DNA of 64,000 nucleotides, taken from positions 83,730 to 147,729 of the forward strand of contig JAJRPJ010000008.1 in the NCBI GenBank assembly GCA_024280835.1. The letters run 5' to 3'. Positions 45,629-54,514 of this stretch are shown piece after piece. Below the pieces are notes generated by a model, which was not told where the DNA came from, did not search any database, and saw nothing but the letters and a program-made list of their open reading frames with translations. Source of the DNA: Candidatus Zixiibacteriota bacterium (GTDB lineage: Bacteria; Zixibacteria; MSB-5A5; GN15; JACZUZ01). Positions within the stretch are counted from its first letter, which is position 1, and each line of letters begins with the position of its first letter. Position numbers and translations under genes: made by a program.

Positions 45629-47197
45629 CTAACGCTCCTCATTGCTATCACTATTGCTTCCAGCGCCACCGCCATCTTTCTGGCTGGTCGAATCAAGGCT
45701 GGTTGAATCACTGTCGGTCGAGACAGTTTCTTTCTTCGGTTTGACAACGGCAAAACGCAACGCTCCCCCTCTGAGGAAAGTGAGCATTGTCAATTCTTTT
45801 TTGGATTCTACTCTGTCGTCATATAATTTCGCAAAAGCCGCCAAGTCACTAACTGGCGTGTCATCAACCAAAGTGATAACATCTCCTCCTCGCAATCCAC
45901 TAACCTGCGCGGGACCTGAACGCTTGACTCCTGTGACATAAACACCAGATTCGCTTTGTATTTGGTAATCAATACGCATCTGGCGAGTGATTTCTTTAAC
46001 TGCAAAACCCCACTCTGAACATTCGAGATCTTCACCTTGCAAGACACCAAGCTCTCGCGTTCGAACTAAGACTGTTAATGTTTCTCCATCGCGCTTGACA
46101 ACTAACTCTAGCTCGGCGCCTATCGGAGATTCAGCGATTGTGCGGTAGACATTCGGCAATTCTTCATTGAACCGCGCAGAAACTGTCGCTCCGTCGATGG
46201 ATTTGATAATGTCACCCGCTTTCAAATTCGCTAATTGGGCTGGAGCATTGATATCCACGGAGGCGATCAAAACCCCCGACTCGTCTTTGGAGCCAAACCA
46301 GTTTTCCAGATTCTGCAGTGGTTGAAAGTGAACTCCTATCCAGCTACGACTAACTTTGCCTTTGGCAATCAATTCGTCGGCAACTGCTCTGACAATATTT
46401 GAAGGAATCGAGAAACCAATATTGTTGGCGAATGTGCTGGCACGGCTATTGATACCCACCACCTTGCCAGCGAGATTGACTAGTGGACCACCTGAATTTC
46501 CAGGGTTGATCGCCGCATCGGTTTGTAGCCAGAGATTGTACTGTCCAGTGCGCTCACCAGATGGTAGACGTGTGTCTTCGGCAAAGTATCTATCGATAGT
46601 GGAAATTACTCCAAATGTAATTGAACGCGCCAAAGCCAAAGGCGAGCCCATCGCTATAACTTGCTGTCCGACCTGTAGCGAATCTGAATCACCAAAGTCC
46701 GCAACTTTGAGAACTCCGTCATAATCGCTTAAATCCAATTTGATAACCGCAAGATCGGTTGATGGGTCACCACCAATCAAAACTGCTTTGACTTGCTCTC
46801 TGTCATTGAGTGTGCAAAGAATTTGCTTGGCCTGCCCCGCCACATGGTAATTGGTGACCACATAACCATCGGCGTGAATGATTACTCCAGAACCAACAAT
46901 TGATTGCTTGCGAAGTTTCCCTGTGCGGTAGTCGGAGACTACAGGCTGGATATGCACTAAAGCTGGGAGGACTTTGTCACGCGCGAAATACAAACGCTTT
47001 TGCAAACTCTGGGCGACAACAACGCTGGCGCTCAATACAGAGAAGAGTGTTATGACTATTAGGCTAGCGAAGACTTGTCGGCTGCAACTGCCAGTGATCA
47101 TGGATTCCGTTTTGGTACTGACTGAAAGATTGTTGTAATTTGTATTTTTTTTCATGTAGTCCGTTACATTCTTTGGGCCATGATCTTTTTGGGGCAT
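45629..47197 (-). CDS. htrA: periplasmic serine endoprotease DegP/HtrA with two PDZ domains
   Basis: Motifs GYVVTNYHVAG, DLAVIKL and GNSGGPLVNLAGKVVGINS are present, plus two PDZ domains. The true start may be an internal Met (47155 or 47101), just before the signal-anchor helix. Confidence 0.9.
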   Translation of the reverse strand: MPQKDHGPKNVTDYMKKNTNYNNLSVSTKTESMITGSCSRQVFASLIVITLFSVLSASVVVAQSLQKRLYFARDKVLPALVHIQPVVSDYRTGKLRKQSIVGSGVIIHADGYVVTNYHVAGQAKQILCTLNDREQVKAVLIGGDPSTDLAVIKLDLSDYDGVLKVADFGDSDSLQVGQQVIAMGSPLALARSITFGVISTIDRYFAEDTRLPSGERTGQYNLWLQTDAAINPGNSGGPLVNLAGKVVGINSRASTFANNIGFSIPSNIVRAVADELIAKGKVSRSWIGVHFQPLQNLENWFGSKDESGVLIASVDINAPAQLANLKAGDIIKSIDGATVSARFNEELPNVYRTIAESPIGAELELVVKRDGETLTVLVRTRELGVLQGEDLECSEWGFAVKEITRQMRIDYQIQSESGVYVTGVKRSGPAQVSGLRGGDVITLVDDTPVSDLAAFAKLYDDRVESKKELTMLTFLRGGALRFAVVKPKKETVSTDSDSTSLDSTSQKDGGGAGSNSDSNEER

Positions 47198-47409
47198 AAT
47201 TTTTGGGCCATGAACTGGCTAAGTGTTTTGAAAACACTACCTAGGTTCCAACTCGCTATGGCATTATACCACTGACTGGGACTAATTCGCCACACAAACA
47301 ATCAACCATTCGATTAAATCTGAATTGGAATTCGCAATATCTCAAGAAAGCGTTAGAATCACGAATTCTGTAGATTGCTTGAGCGTTTACTAGACGTGAA
47401 AGAGCCCTA

Positions 47410-48942
47410 CTAAAGAGACGGCATCGGAGGCGGCTCTGGGCTTGGAGGAGAACTTGGCGGTGGCGGACCTGTTTCTGGTGGCCCTGTTTCTGGTGGAATA
47501 GGCGGCGGCGGAAAGTCGGCGCCTTTTGTTTTGGGGTTTGGCACATATTCACGTCTTCCAAAACGAGTCAAAACTACTGCGCCAATACCTGAAAAAACCG
47601 CGACTGCTGAAAAGGTTATTGAGACTATCATCAGAATAATGCCTATTCCATCGAGAAAGTTGACTTGGCTAGCCTCCAGGGCAAAAGCGATTGCCCACAG
47701 TCCTAACAACACCACAATCCCAACCACAATTTTTCTTAGCAATGTGGAATCTTCGACACCATAGCTAGCGAGGGCCACTCGTCCACTAAATTGGGCATAG
47801 GCAACAATCCCTACAAGCAATGCCACAGGTGTTGCCAGAATCAGGACAATTACCAAAGGAATCCCGACAATCGTAATACCCAGAATCCCCAGGACAAACG
47901 GCAAAGCCAGAATCGAAACTATACCTGTCTTGATAGTTGTCGTTGGATAGGCGGTGATAGCCGCGCTGGCTCTAGAGACAGAATCTGGGGCTACCTGCAA
48001 TGAAATAACTGCAACTAGAATCAAGAGGAAGGCCAATCCAACAAAAATTGGTATGGCGCTAAAATCAATATTCACACGATAGCTTTCACCTAAGTCTTGA
48101 ATTAGAGGGATATTGTCTGCGACCACATTTTCTTGACCTGTTACCAAACCACCATCACTCACTCTGATTCTGGGCGAAATTACATCACCGTTAATAACAC
48201 CTGTACTACCGACAATAACTTCTTTGGCAGAAATTACATTACCTTCAACTAAGCCATCTACCCGAATTCTCTTGGAGCTAGTCACCCCATTCAAGACATA
48301 TTCCTCAGCTCTGATATGTACAGATTTTGTCCTAGATCTCTTCACTCTTCTTAGTTCAAGAGCCCAATCTGGATCGCGATCCCGACTGACAACAACTGTA
48401 TCCTCGCCATTGAAGAAGACCATGCCTTCACGGCCGCTTCCTGACGAAAGTCCCTGCTCCCATCCCAAACGAAAAGCGCCTAACTTGTCATCGTACTTCC
48501 AAATTCTTCCAAGAGAATCTTCAGCAGTCAAGACACCGTTTTCATATTTTGAACTTTCAAAAATCGTATCTGGAAGAGTTGTCGAAATTGAAACTGGACT
48601 TTCTGGAATTAGAACTATCTCTCCGTCAATAACCTTAATTGATCCAATCGGAAGCTCAATTGGCGTCTCCGAATTCAAATCAATTTTGAATGTATCAGAG
48701 CCGATTGTAATATTCAATGAAGTCGAATTATCTGCCGAATGGCTGGTAGTAGCTGTAGCGGACGCCTTAGCTGATTGAGCCGGTTGTGTTGAATCTGATG
48801 CGGTTACTGCGGAAATAACAATAGAGGGAACAAGCAGAGAACTAACGACAATCACCAAGACTGCAAATAGAAACAAATTACGCCATGTTTTTTGTAAGTA
48901 TCGCTTATGCGAACATTGATTCTGCATATTGCTTTCTGTCAT
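47410..48942 (-). CDS. polytopic membrane protein with a bactofilin-like beta-helix segment and a Pro-rich C-terminal tail
   Basis: It has an N-terminal TM and a repetitive segment V.G.V....I.V...G.V.G (RVDGLVEGNVISAKEVIVGSTGVINGDVISPRIRVSDGGLVTG). About 5 TM helices follow. The tail is PPPPIPPETGPPETGPPPPSSPPSPEPPPMPSL. Confidence 0.72.
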   Translation of the reverse strand: MTESNMQNQCSHKRYLQKTWRNLFLFAVLVIVVSSLLVPSIVISAVTASDSTQPAQSAKASATATTSHSADNSTSLNITIGSDTFKIDLNSETPIELPIGSIKVIDGEIVLIPESPVSISTTLPDTIFESSKYENGVLTAEDSLGRIWKYDDKLGAFRLGWEQGLSSGSGREGMVFFNGEDTVVVSRDRDPDWALELRRVKRSRTKSVHIRAEEYVLNGVTSSKRIRVDGLVEGNVISAKEVIVGSTGVINGDVISPRIRVSDGGLVTGQENVVADNIPLIQDLGESYRVNIDFSAIPIFVGLAFLLILVAVISLQVAPDSVSRASAAITAYPTTTIKTGIVSILALPFVLGILGITIVGIPLVIVLILATPVALLVGIVAYAQFSGRVALASYGVEDSTLLRKIVVGIVVLLGLWAIAFALEASQVNFLDGIGIILMIVSITFSAVAVFSGIGAVVLTRFGRREYVPNPKTKGADFPPPPIPPETGPPETGPPPPSSPPSPEPPPMPSL

Positions 48943-48966
48943 ATAGGCGCCCCGATTGACTAATTC

Positions 48967-50127
48967 TCAAAACCATCCCAAACGGATGTCACCCGAATCG
49001 CTTTTCAATGAGACGCTTGCGCCACCAGCGCCAACTAAACCTGTTATTTCACGGCGAGAAAATGAATCAACTTCCATCGGTAAGTTTTTGGTGTCGATAT
49101 CACCAGAGAGTGTTGAGAGTAACACCTTGGCTCCAGCATTATCTGGGATTGAAAATGTGATAGAACCAGATAACGTTTCGACAGTGTAATCACGTTCGGA
49201 AAATAATTCAGTGTTGACACTAACTTTACCAGTGTGCGTAAAAATATCAAGAGCGCCTCTCTCCTGCTCGATAGACAGGTCACCAGAAGTGGCCTTAAGT
49301 CGCGCATCACCGTTGATCGACGTCAGAGTGATATCTCCCGAAGTTTGAATAATCGTGACCTCACCTGTGATATTATCTCCAACAGTATTTCCTGCGCCGC
49401 CATGAATTGTGATATTACCAGTGATAGCGGTCATTCTTAAGTCTGCGGTTGTCGAGGTCAATTCAACATCTGCGTCTAGGTCTTTCAATTCAACAATGCC
49501 ACCAGAGACATCAATAGTCACTGAACCAGAGTATTGATTGACACGCACCTCACCGCTTTCGAGCGAGACATCCAGCGCGCCGCTAACACCACGAATCTCA
49601 ATATCACCGTTGGAATTGTTGAGAGTGATGTTCATATTTGCTGGAACAGAGACAGTGTAATCAACAGCGCCAAACCAGTCGTCATCGGCGCCCACCAAAC
49701 GTTCCCAAAAACTTCTGTGACGCTCAGAAACATCTTCTAACAATGTCTCTAGCAGAGCTTCATTATTACGTGTTGAAAATCTCAATTCAATATGACTAGC
49801 GACTTCGCGCGCGGCTGATTCATCAACTGCATGCACTGTCTTGACAGCGTCGATTTGGACATGCTCCAAATGTTTGACACCGACGATAGTTATGTTACCA
49901 CCCTGATTGTCAATTCGTAGGTTTGAGCCAGGTGAAACAGCTAGCTCTTTGTGGTAGTCAAAACGAAATGTCTTGGCGCTAGCAGTCTGTGCGTCAAACG
50001 CGACGCTTGAACAAACAGCCAAGACGACAATCAGTGATTTGAAAACAGTTGTAGTCTTCCGGGTTACGGTCTTATTCATAACGGCCGCCTCGTTGACGGT
50101 ATTCTTTGAGATAGTCTGGTTTCGCAT
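48967..50127 (-). CDS. DUF4097-like (LiaG/YvlB-type putative adhesin) beta-strand-repeat protein
   Basis: It has an N-terminal anchor followed by repeated G(D/N)I.(I/V)....G...(V/I) strands (GGNITIVGV, NGDIEIRGVSGALDV, SGSVTIDVSGGIVEL, TGNITIHGG, SGDITLTSINGDARL, SGDIRLG). Confidence 0.68.
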   Translation of the reverse strand: MRNQTISKNTVNEAAVMNKTVTRKTTTVFKSLIVVLAVCSSVAFDAQTASAKTFRFDYHKELAVSPGSNLRIDNQGGNITIVGVKHLEHVQIDAVKTVHAVDESAAREVASHIELRFSTRNNEALLETLLEDVSERHRSFWERLVGADDDWFGAVDYTVSVPANMNITLNNSNGDIEIRGVSGALDVSLESGEVRVNQYSGSVTIDVSGGIVELKDLDADVELTSTTADLRMTAITGNITIHGGAGNTVGDNITGEVTIIQTSGDITLTSINGDARLKATSGDLSIEQERGALDIFTHTGKVSVNTELFSERDYTVETLSGSITFSIPDNAGAKVLLSTLSGDIDTKNLPMEVDSFSRREITGLVGAGGASVSLKSDSGDIRLGWF

Positions 50128-50150
50128 GATTTACAGTTACGTTAAATCCG

Positions 50151-50747
50151 TCAACGTATTCCTTTGAGAGCTTTTTTCAATAATTCCCGCGCCCTGAAAA
50201 TGCGGGCTTTGACTGTACCGACAGGCACATTCAATAGTTCGGCTATTTCATCATAGGATTTATCATCTCTGTGACGATAGATTATGACCTGCCGATAGCG
50301 TTCCGAGAGACCATTGATGGCCTCATCGATTGAAAGTCGTTGCTCTTTGGCGACCAACTCCCTTTCAGGATGAAACGAATAGTCAGCCACTTCGAATTCA
50401 ACAGTCCCATCTCCCGTGTCGATTTCCCTATCCAACGAAAGGGCATGTATTCTTTTCTTCCTGAGGTGGTCAATTGAGGTGTTTGCCGCAATTTTGCACA
50501 ACCAAGTCGAAAAACGGAACTCTGAGCGGTATGAGGACAAAGCCGTAAAGGCCTTCATGAAGGTCTCTTGCGAGATATCTTCGGCGGTTTCCTCATTGCG
50601 CACAATCTTGTACGCAACATGGTAAACCGTTTTCTGATAACGGTTTACTAGGCGCCAATATGCGCGTTGGTCGCCCTCTCGCGCCTGTTTTATCAGTTGA
50701 TCATCAAGTTCGGCCGTCACACAACTCTCCCATGATTCTATACGCAA
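50151..50747 (-). CDS. ECF-type RNA polymerase sigma-70 factor
   Basis: Region 2 has AYWRLVNRYQKTVYHVAYKIVRNEETAEDISQETFMKAF. Region 4 has the HTH SYDEIAELLNVPVGTVKARIFRARELLKK. The track start is TTG at 50747. A GTG at 50720 after GGGAGAG is an alternative. Confidence 0.9.
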   Translation of the reverse strand: MRIESWESCVTAELDDQLIKQAREGDQRAYWRLVNRYQKTVYHVAYKIVRNEETAEDISQETFMKAFTALSSYRSEFRFSTWLCKIAANTSIDHLRKKRIHALSLDREIDTGDGTVEFEVADYSFHPERELVAKEQRLSIDEAINGLSERYRQVIIYRHRDDKSYDEIAELLNVPVGTVKARIFRARELLKKALKGIR

Positions 50748-50957
50748 CAGTCGCGTCGCTGTTGCAATCGGTAGTCAATGAATTCGATCGGCTTGGAGTC
50801 AGTCTTTGAGCCATTGAGGCGTGATTTCCAAAGACACGCAGATATTTTTTCTGAATTTCCATCAAATGAATATACTAAGAGGAAGCGGCTCAACAAAATA
50901 TGGGGCTAAATGACCACCGCAGCCGACTCAACCACCCGCTAATACCGTTCTGTCAGC

Positions 50958-51386
50958 TTACCTCACATATAACATTAGGTAGATCACCACTCCGCTGACG
51001 GAAACAAACATCCAAACTGGCCAGACTATTCTAGCAAGTTTTCGATGTTTGCTGAAGTCGCCTTTGAAAGCCCGCCAGACGATAGTGGCGATAAAAGGAG
51101 TCATGAGAGCCGCTAATAACACATGTGGGATGAGGATTGTGAAATATACTGGCCTCGTCCAATCGTGATAGGGATATGGAACAGAGCCAACATAATAGTG
51201 ATATATCAAATAGCTAATTAGAAACAGAGTTGAGGTAATCAACGCCGCAACCATAAAGCGTTTGTGACGTTCGCGCTCTCCACGGCGGATATTGATATAG
51301 CCCAGCAGGAGCAGAACTGCGCTGATTGAGTTCAGAGTTGCATTGAGAGTGGGTAGGTCAGCAAGCGACATATGCAAAGACCTCAT
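50958..51386 (-). CDS. DUF420 membrane protein (CtaM-like oxidase accessory factor)
   Basis: 142 aa with 4 TM helices. The pattern LN...S..LL..G...I......HK..M matches the DUF420 pattern, and the gene lies next to the caa3 genes. Confidence 0.72.
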   Translation of the reverse strand: MRSLHMSLADLPTLNATLNSISAVLLLLGYINIRRGERERHKRFMVAALITSTLFLISYLIYHYYVGSVPYPYHDWTRPVYFTILIPHVLLAALMTPFIATIVWRAFKGDFSKHRKLARIVWPVWMFVSVSGVVIYLMLYVR

Positions 51387-51415
51387 TGCTAGCTACGTAA
51401 GAATCTGAGGATCGC

Positions 51416-51548
51416 ATAGGTATGTTTTTACAATAGGTATGTTTTCAATAATTACTTCTCAACAGGGATTATTCGCCAATGGCTATTTGCCAGTGGTTAT
51501 TCGCAGTGTTTATTCGCAGTGTTTATTCGCGCTGTTTATTCAAAACCC
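51416..51548. repeat. two adjacent tandem-repeat arrays in the ctaF-DUF420 spacer
   Basis: ATAGGTATGTTTT(T/C)A occurs twice with a 17-nt period (51416, 51433). About six 13-nt units TTATTCGCAGTGT and variants then run from 51469 to 51548, the last one overlapping the ctaF stop codon. Confidence 0.8.
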
Positions 51549-52009
51549 CAATCTTCGTCTTCAGCAGAAGTATCAGTACTATCGGACTCGTCCTCAAACT
51601 CATCTTGTGAGAGTGAATCCTCGACAATAGTTTCAGACTCGCCAGCGGCTGGTTCGAGGCTCTCATAGATAACTGCCGCGGGTACAATCGGTCGATCACG
51701 CTCTGTATAAATATCACCACGATTGAGCGTGTCATACATCGTTAGGGTTAGGAAAAAGCCCAGAAATACCAACGAACTAACAAAAGCCACAGAGTAGATT
51801 TTGTTATCCCAAAATAGGTGCATGAATATTAGAGCCACCAACGAGGCTTTGAACACAGCAATTACCATGGCGATAATCACGTTGTACTCTCCGAAGTCAA
51901 AACTCGCAGCCCAAACGGTTACGAATGTCATCACTAGCAGTACCGCCGCCACACCGAAGTACACGCTCAGTGGAAGAATGTGTGGTTTATTGGATGTCTC
52001 TGCGCTCAT
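51536..52009 (-). CDS. ctaF: cytochrome c oxidase subunit IV-family protein with an acidic C-terminal extension
   Basis: It has three TM helices with the FKASLVALIFMHLFWD signature. The last ~55 aa are highly acidic (ESETIVEDSLSQDEFEDESDSTDTSAEDEDWGFE). Confidence 0.75.
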   Translation of the reverse strand: MSAETSNKPHILPLSVYFGVAAVLLVMTFVTVWAASFDFGEYNVIIAMVIAVFKASLVALIFMHLFWDNKIYSVAFVSSLVFLGFFLTLTMYDTLNRGDIYTERDRPIVPAAVIYESLEPAAGESETIVEDSLSQDEFEDESDSTDTSAEDEDWGFE

Positions 52010-52063
52010 ATGCTTTGTGTCCTCTATACCAAATTCGCTTTAAAGAATAATCAACTGCAATTA

Positions 52064-52729
52064 TTATCCGACAAGGTACAACATCGGGAATAGGAATATC
52101 CAGATGAGATCCACCAAATGCCAGTAGAGTCCTGTCATCTCTATCGGTGTGTAATAGTCCGCTGAAAAATGATTCTTTGATGTTCGATACATCATCCAAC
52201 TGATAGTTATCATTCCAGCTATCACGTGAATTCCATGCAAACCAGTCATGGCAAAATAGACGCTGAAGAAAAGATGCGGATTAGTAGCGTCGATTTCACC
52301 GAAAGTAAAAAACTTACCCCAGACTAGACCTTCATGAATCTTGTGCGAATACTCAATAAATTTTATGACCAAAAATGTTCCAGCTAGCGCCAAAGTCATT
52401 CCCAGATTTATCATTGTCCATTTCTTACTGCCTACTTGCATTGAGCGAATAGCCAGAGCCATAGTCAGTGAACTGGTAATCAGAACTACAGTATTGGTTG
52501 CTCCAAGAGAGACATTGAGTAACTTATGGGCTTCATGGAACATCTCTGGATACCATGAGCGATAGACAGCATAGAAACAGAACAGGCCGCCAAAGAACAA
52601 AACCTCGGTGACAAGGAAAATCCAAATACCAAGCTTCGATGTTTCACGCTGCTGTTGCGCTGTGGCGAAATGATGTTGCAGGAACTCGGGTCGCTCTTCG
52701 TGTCCTGTTGTTGCCGTAGATGTTTCCAT
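52064..52729 (-). CDS. ctaE: cytochrome c oxidase subunit III
   Basis: 221 aa with the Cox3 pattern HHF...QQ...KLG.W.FL..E.LFFGGLF...TG.HG.HV..G. Confidence 0.9.
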   Translation of the reverse strand: METSTATTGHEERPEFLQHHFATAQQQRETSKLGIWIFLVTEVLFFGGLFCFYAVYRSWYPEMFHEAHKLLNVSLGATNTVVLITSSLTMALAIRSMQVGSKKWTMINLGMTLALAGTFLVIKFIEYSHKIHEGLVWGKFFTFGEIDATNPHLFFSVYFAMTGLHGIHVIAGMITISWMMYRTSKNHFSADYYTPIEMTGLYWHLVDLIWIFLFPMLYLVG

Positions 52730-52825
52730 ATTGGATTTATGCTCTATTGTGTTGCTGTGCAGTCTTATCTATTTGATTCTAGTTCGATTTACGTCGTGTA
52801 AGCTCTTGGTACTTTGCTTATCGGT

Positions 52826-54463
52826 TTACTTATCAGAGTCATCCATTTCATATGGATTGGTACTTTTGAAAATTGTTGTGGCATACGGATACGGTTCATG
52901 GTCACAAACAGGTTGCTCTTTGAAATTGTGTGGATCTGGTGGTGACGTTGAATGTGTCCATTCAAAGGTCGAAGCTCCCCAAGGATTTGATCCAGCTATA
53001 GGGCCATTCTTCACTGAATGCCAGAGATAGACCACCATAATCAAGAAACCCAGACCTAGAATATATGCGCCGACTGACGAGAAAGCGTGCATCGGCTGAT
53101 ACTGATCAAGATAATTGAAGTAACGACGCGGCATACCCTGCGAGCCCATAATGAATTGCGGGATAAAGGTGGCATTGAAACCAATGAACACCAACGCCCA
53201 AGAAATCCTCGCCCACTTTTCACTGTACATCCGACCCCATATTTTGGGCCACCAATAATGCAGACCGCCAAGGAAGGCGATAACAGTGCCACCCATCATT
53301 GTGTAATGGAAATGCGCAACAATGAAATATGTGTCATGTAGATGTAAATCAACGGCTAGTGTTCCGAGGAACAGTCCTGTTAATCCACCGATAGTGAAGA
53401 GAAAGAGGAACGCTAAAGCATACAACATCGGCACGTCAAAACTTATCGAGCCGCGATACATAGTCGACATCCAGTTGAAGACTTTGACAGCCGAAGGAAT
53501 CGCCACCGAGAAAGTTAGGAACGAGAAGATCATCGCCGATAGTTCGGACTGACCACTGGTAAACATGTGATGTCCCCAAACGACGAAACTCAATAGCGCG
53601 ATTGCTAAACTTGAATAAGCTACGGCTTTGTAACCAAAGACGGGCTTGCGTGAGAATGTCGCCATCAGTTCGCTGATAATCGCCATACCTGGCAGAATCA
53701 TGATATAAACAGCAGGATGGGAATAGAACCAGAAGAAATGCTGGAACAAGACAGGATCACCACCCATTTTCGGGTCAAAAATTCCGATTCCGACTCCACG
53801 CTCAAGTACCAAGAGCAACGCAGTTATCGCCAGCACCGGCGTTGCCAAGACCTGAATAATCGCTGTGGCATATATTCCCCAGCAGAACAGAGGCATTTTG
53901 AACCAAGTCATCCCAGGGGCGCGCATTTTATGCACTGTGGCGATGAAGTTAAGTCCGGTGAAAATTGATGAGAATCCGAGCACAAAGACAGCCATGACAA
54001 TCAAAGTGATGGCGCCTTTTGTCTGTACACTATAAGGAGTGTAAAAAGTCCAGCCAGTATCGACACCACCGATGACAATTGCTCCTAAAGCCATTATAGC
54101 TCCGACAACATAAACATACCAACTCGCCAAATTCAACCGTGGAAAAGCAACATCTACGGCGCCAAGTTGCATTGGTAGGATAAAGTTACCGAGAGCCGCT
54201 GGAATCGACGGGATAATGAACAGGAAGATCATAATCGCGCCATGCAGAGTGAATAGTTGATTGTAAGTTTGGGCGCTGATGAACTGTTCACCAGGTGAGA
54301 AAAGCTCTAAACGCATCACAAGCGCCAGCGCCCCGCCCACAAGAAAGAAGAGACTAATCGCCATTAGGTACATCAGACCAATACGCTTATGGTCCTTAGT
54401 GAGCAACCATGACTTTATGCCAGTCGGCGAATTCAGATATGTCTTATAGGGTAGTGTATTCAT
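52826..54463 (-). CDS. ctaD: cytochrome c oxidase subunit I
   Basis: 545 aa with the heme-copper oxidase signatures [20 protein letters not shown] and HFHYTMMGG. Confidence 0.97.
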   Translation of the reverse strand: MNTLPYKTYLNSPTGIKSWLLTKDHKRIGLMYLMAISLFFLVGGALALVMRLELFSPGEQFISAQTYNQLFTLHGAIMIFLFIIPSIPAALGNFILPMQLGAVDVAFPRLNLASWYVYVVGAIMALGAIVIGGVDTGWTFYTPYSVQTKGAITLIVMAVFVLGFSSIFTGLNFIATVHKMRAPGMTWFKMPLFCWGIYATAIIQVLATPVLAITALLLVLERGVGIGIFDPKMGGDPVLFQHFFWFYSHPAVYIMILPGMAIISELMATFSRKPVFGYKAVAYSSLAIALLSFVVWGHHMFTSGQSELSAMIFSFLTFSVAIPSAVKVFNWMSTMYRGSISFDVPMLYALAFLFLFTIGGLTGLFLGTLAVDLHLHDTYFIVAHFHYTMMGGTVIAFLGGLHYWWPKIWGRMYSEKWARISWALVFIGFNATFIPQFIMGSQGMPRRYFNYLDQYQPMHAFSSVGAYILGLGFLIMVVYLWHSVKNGPIAGSNPWGASTFEWTHSTSPPDPHNFKEQPVCDHEPYPYATTIFKSTNPYEMDDSDK

Positions 54464-54514
54464 TAGCTTAGTTTACTTCCATTGAGCGATTGTTACGCAA
54501 TCTCTCACTTTGCA

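Noticed and set aside
47227-47249. A sigmaE/ECF-type promoter (GGAACC ... TCAAA) upstream of htrA
   Set aside because: Only 12 nt separate the two boxes, versus about 16 in characterised AAC-N16-TC-type ECF promoters. A similar look-alike upstream of the sigma gene (GGAAAT-N14-TCAAA, about 50798..50822) has the same spacing problem.
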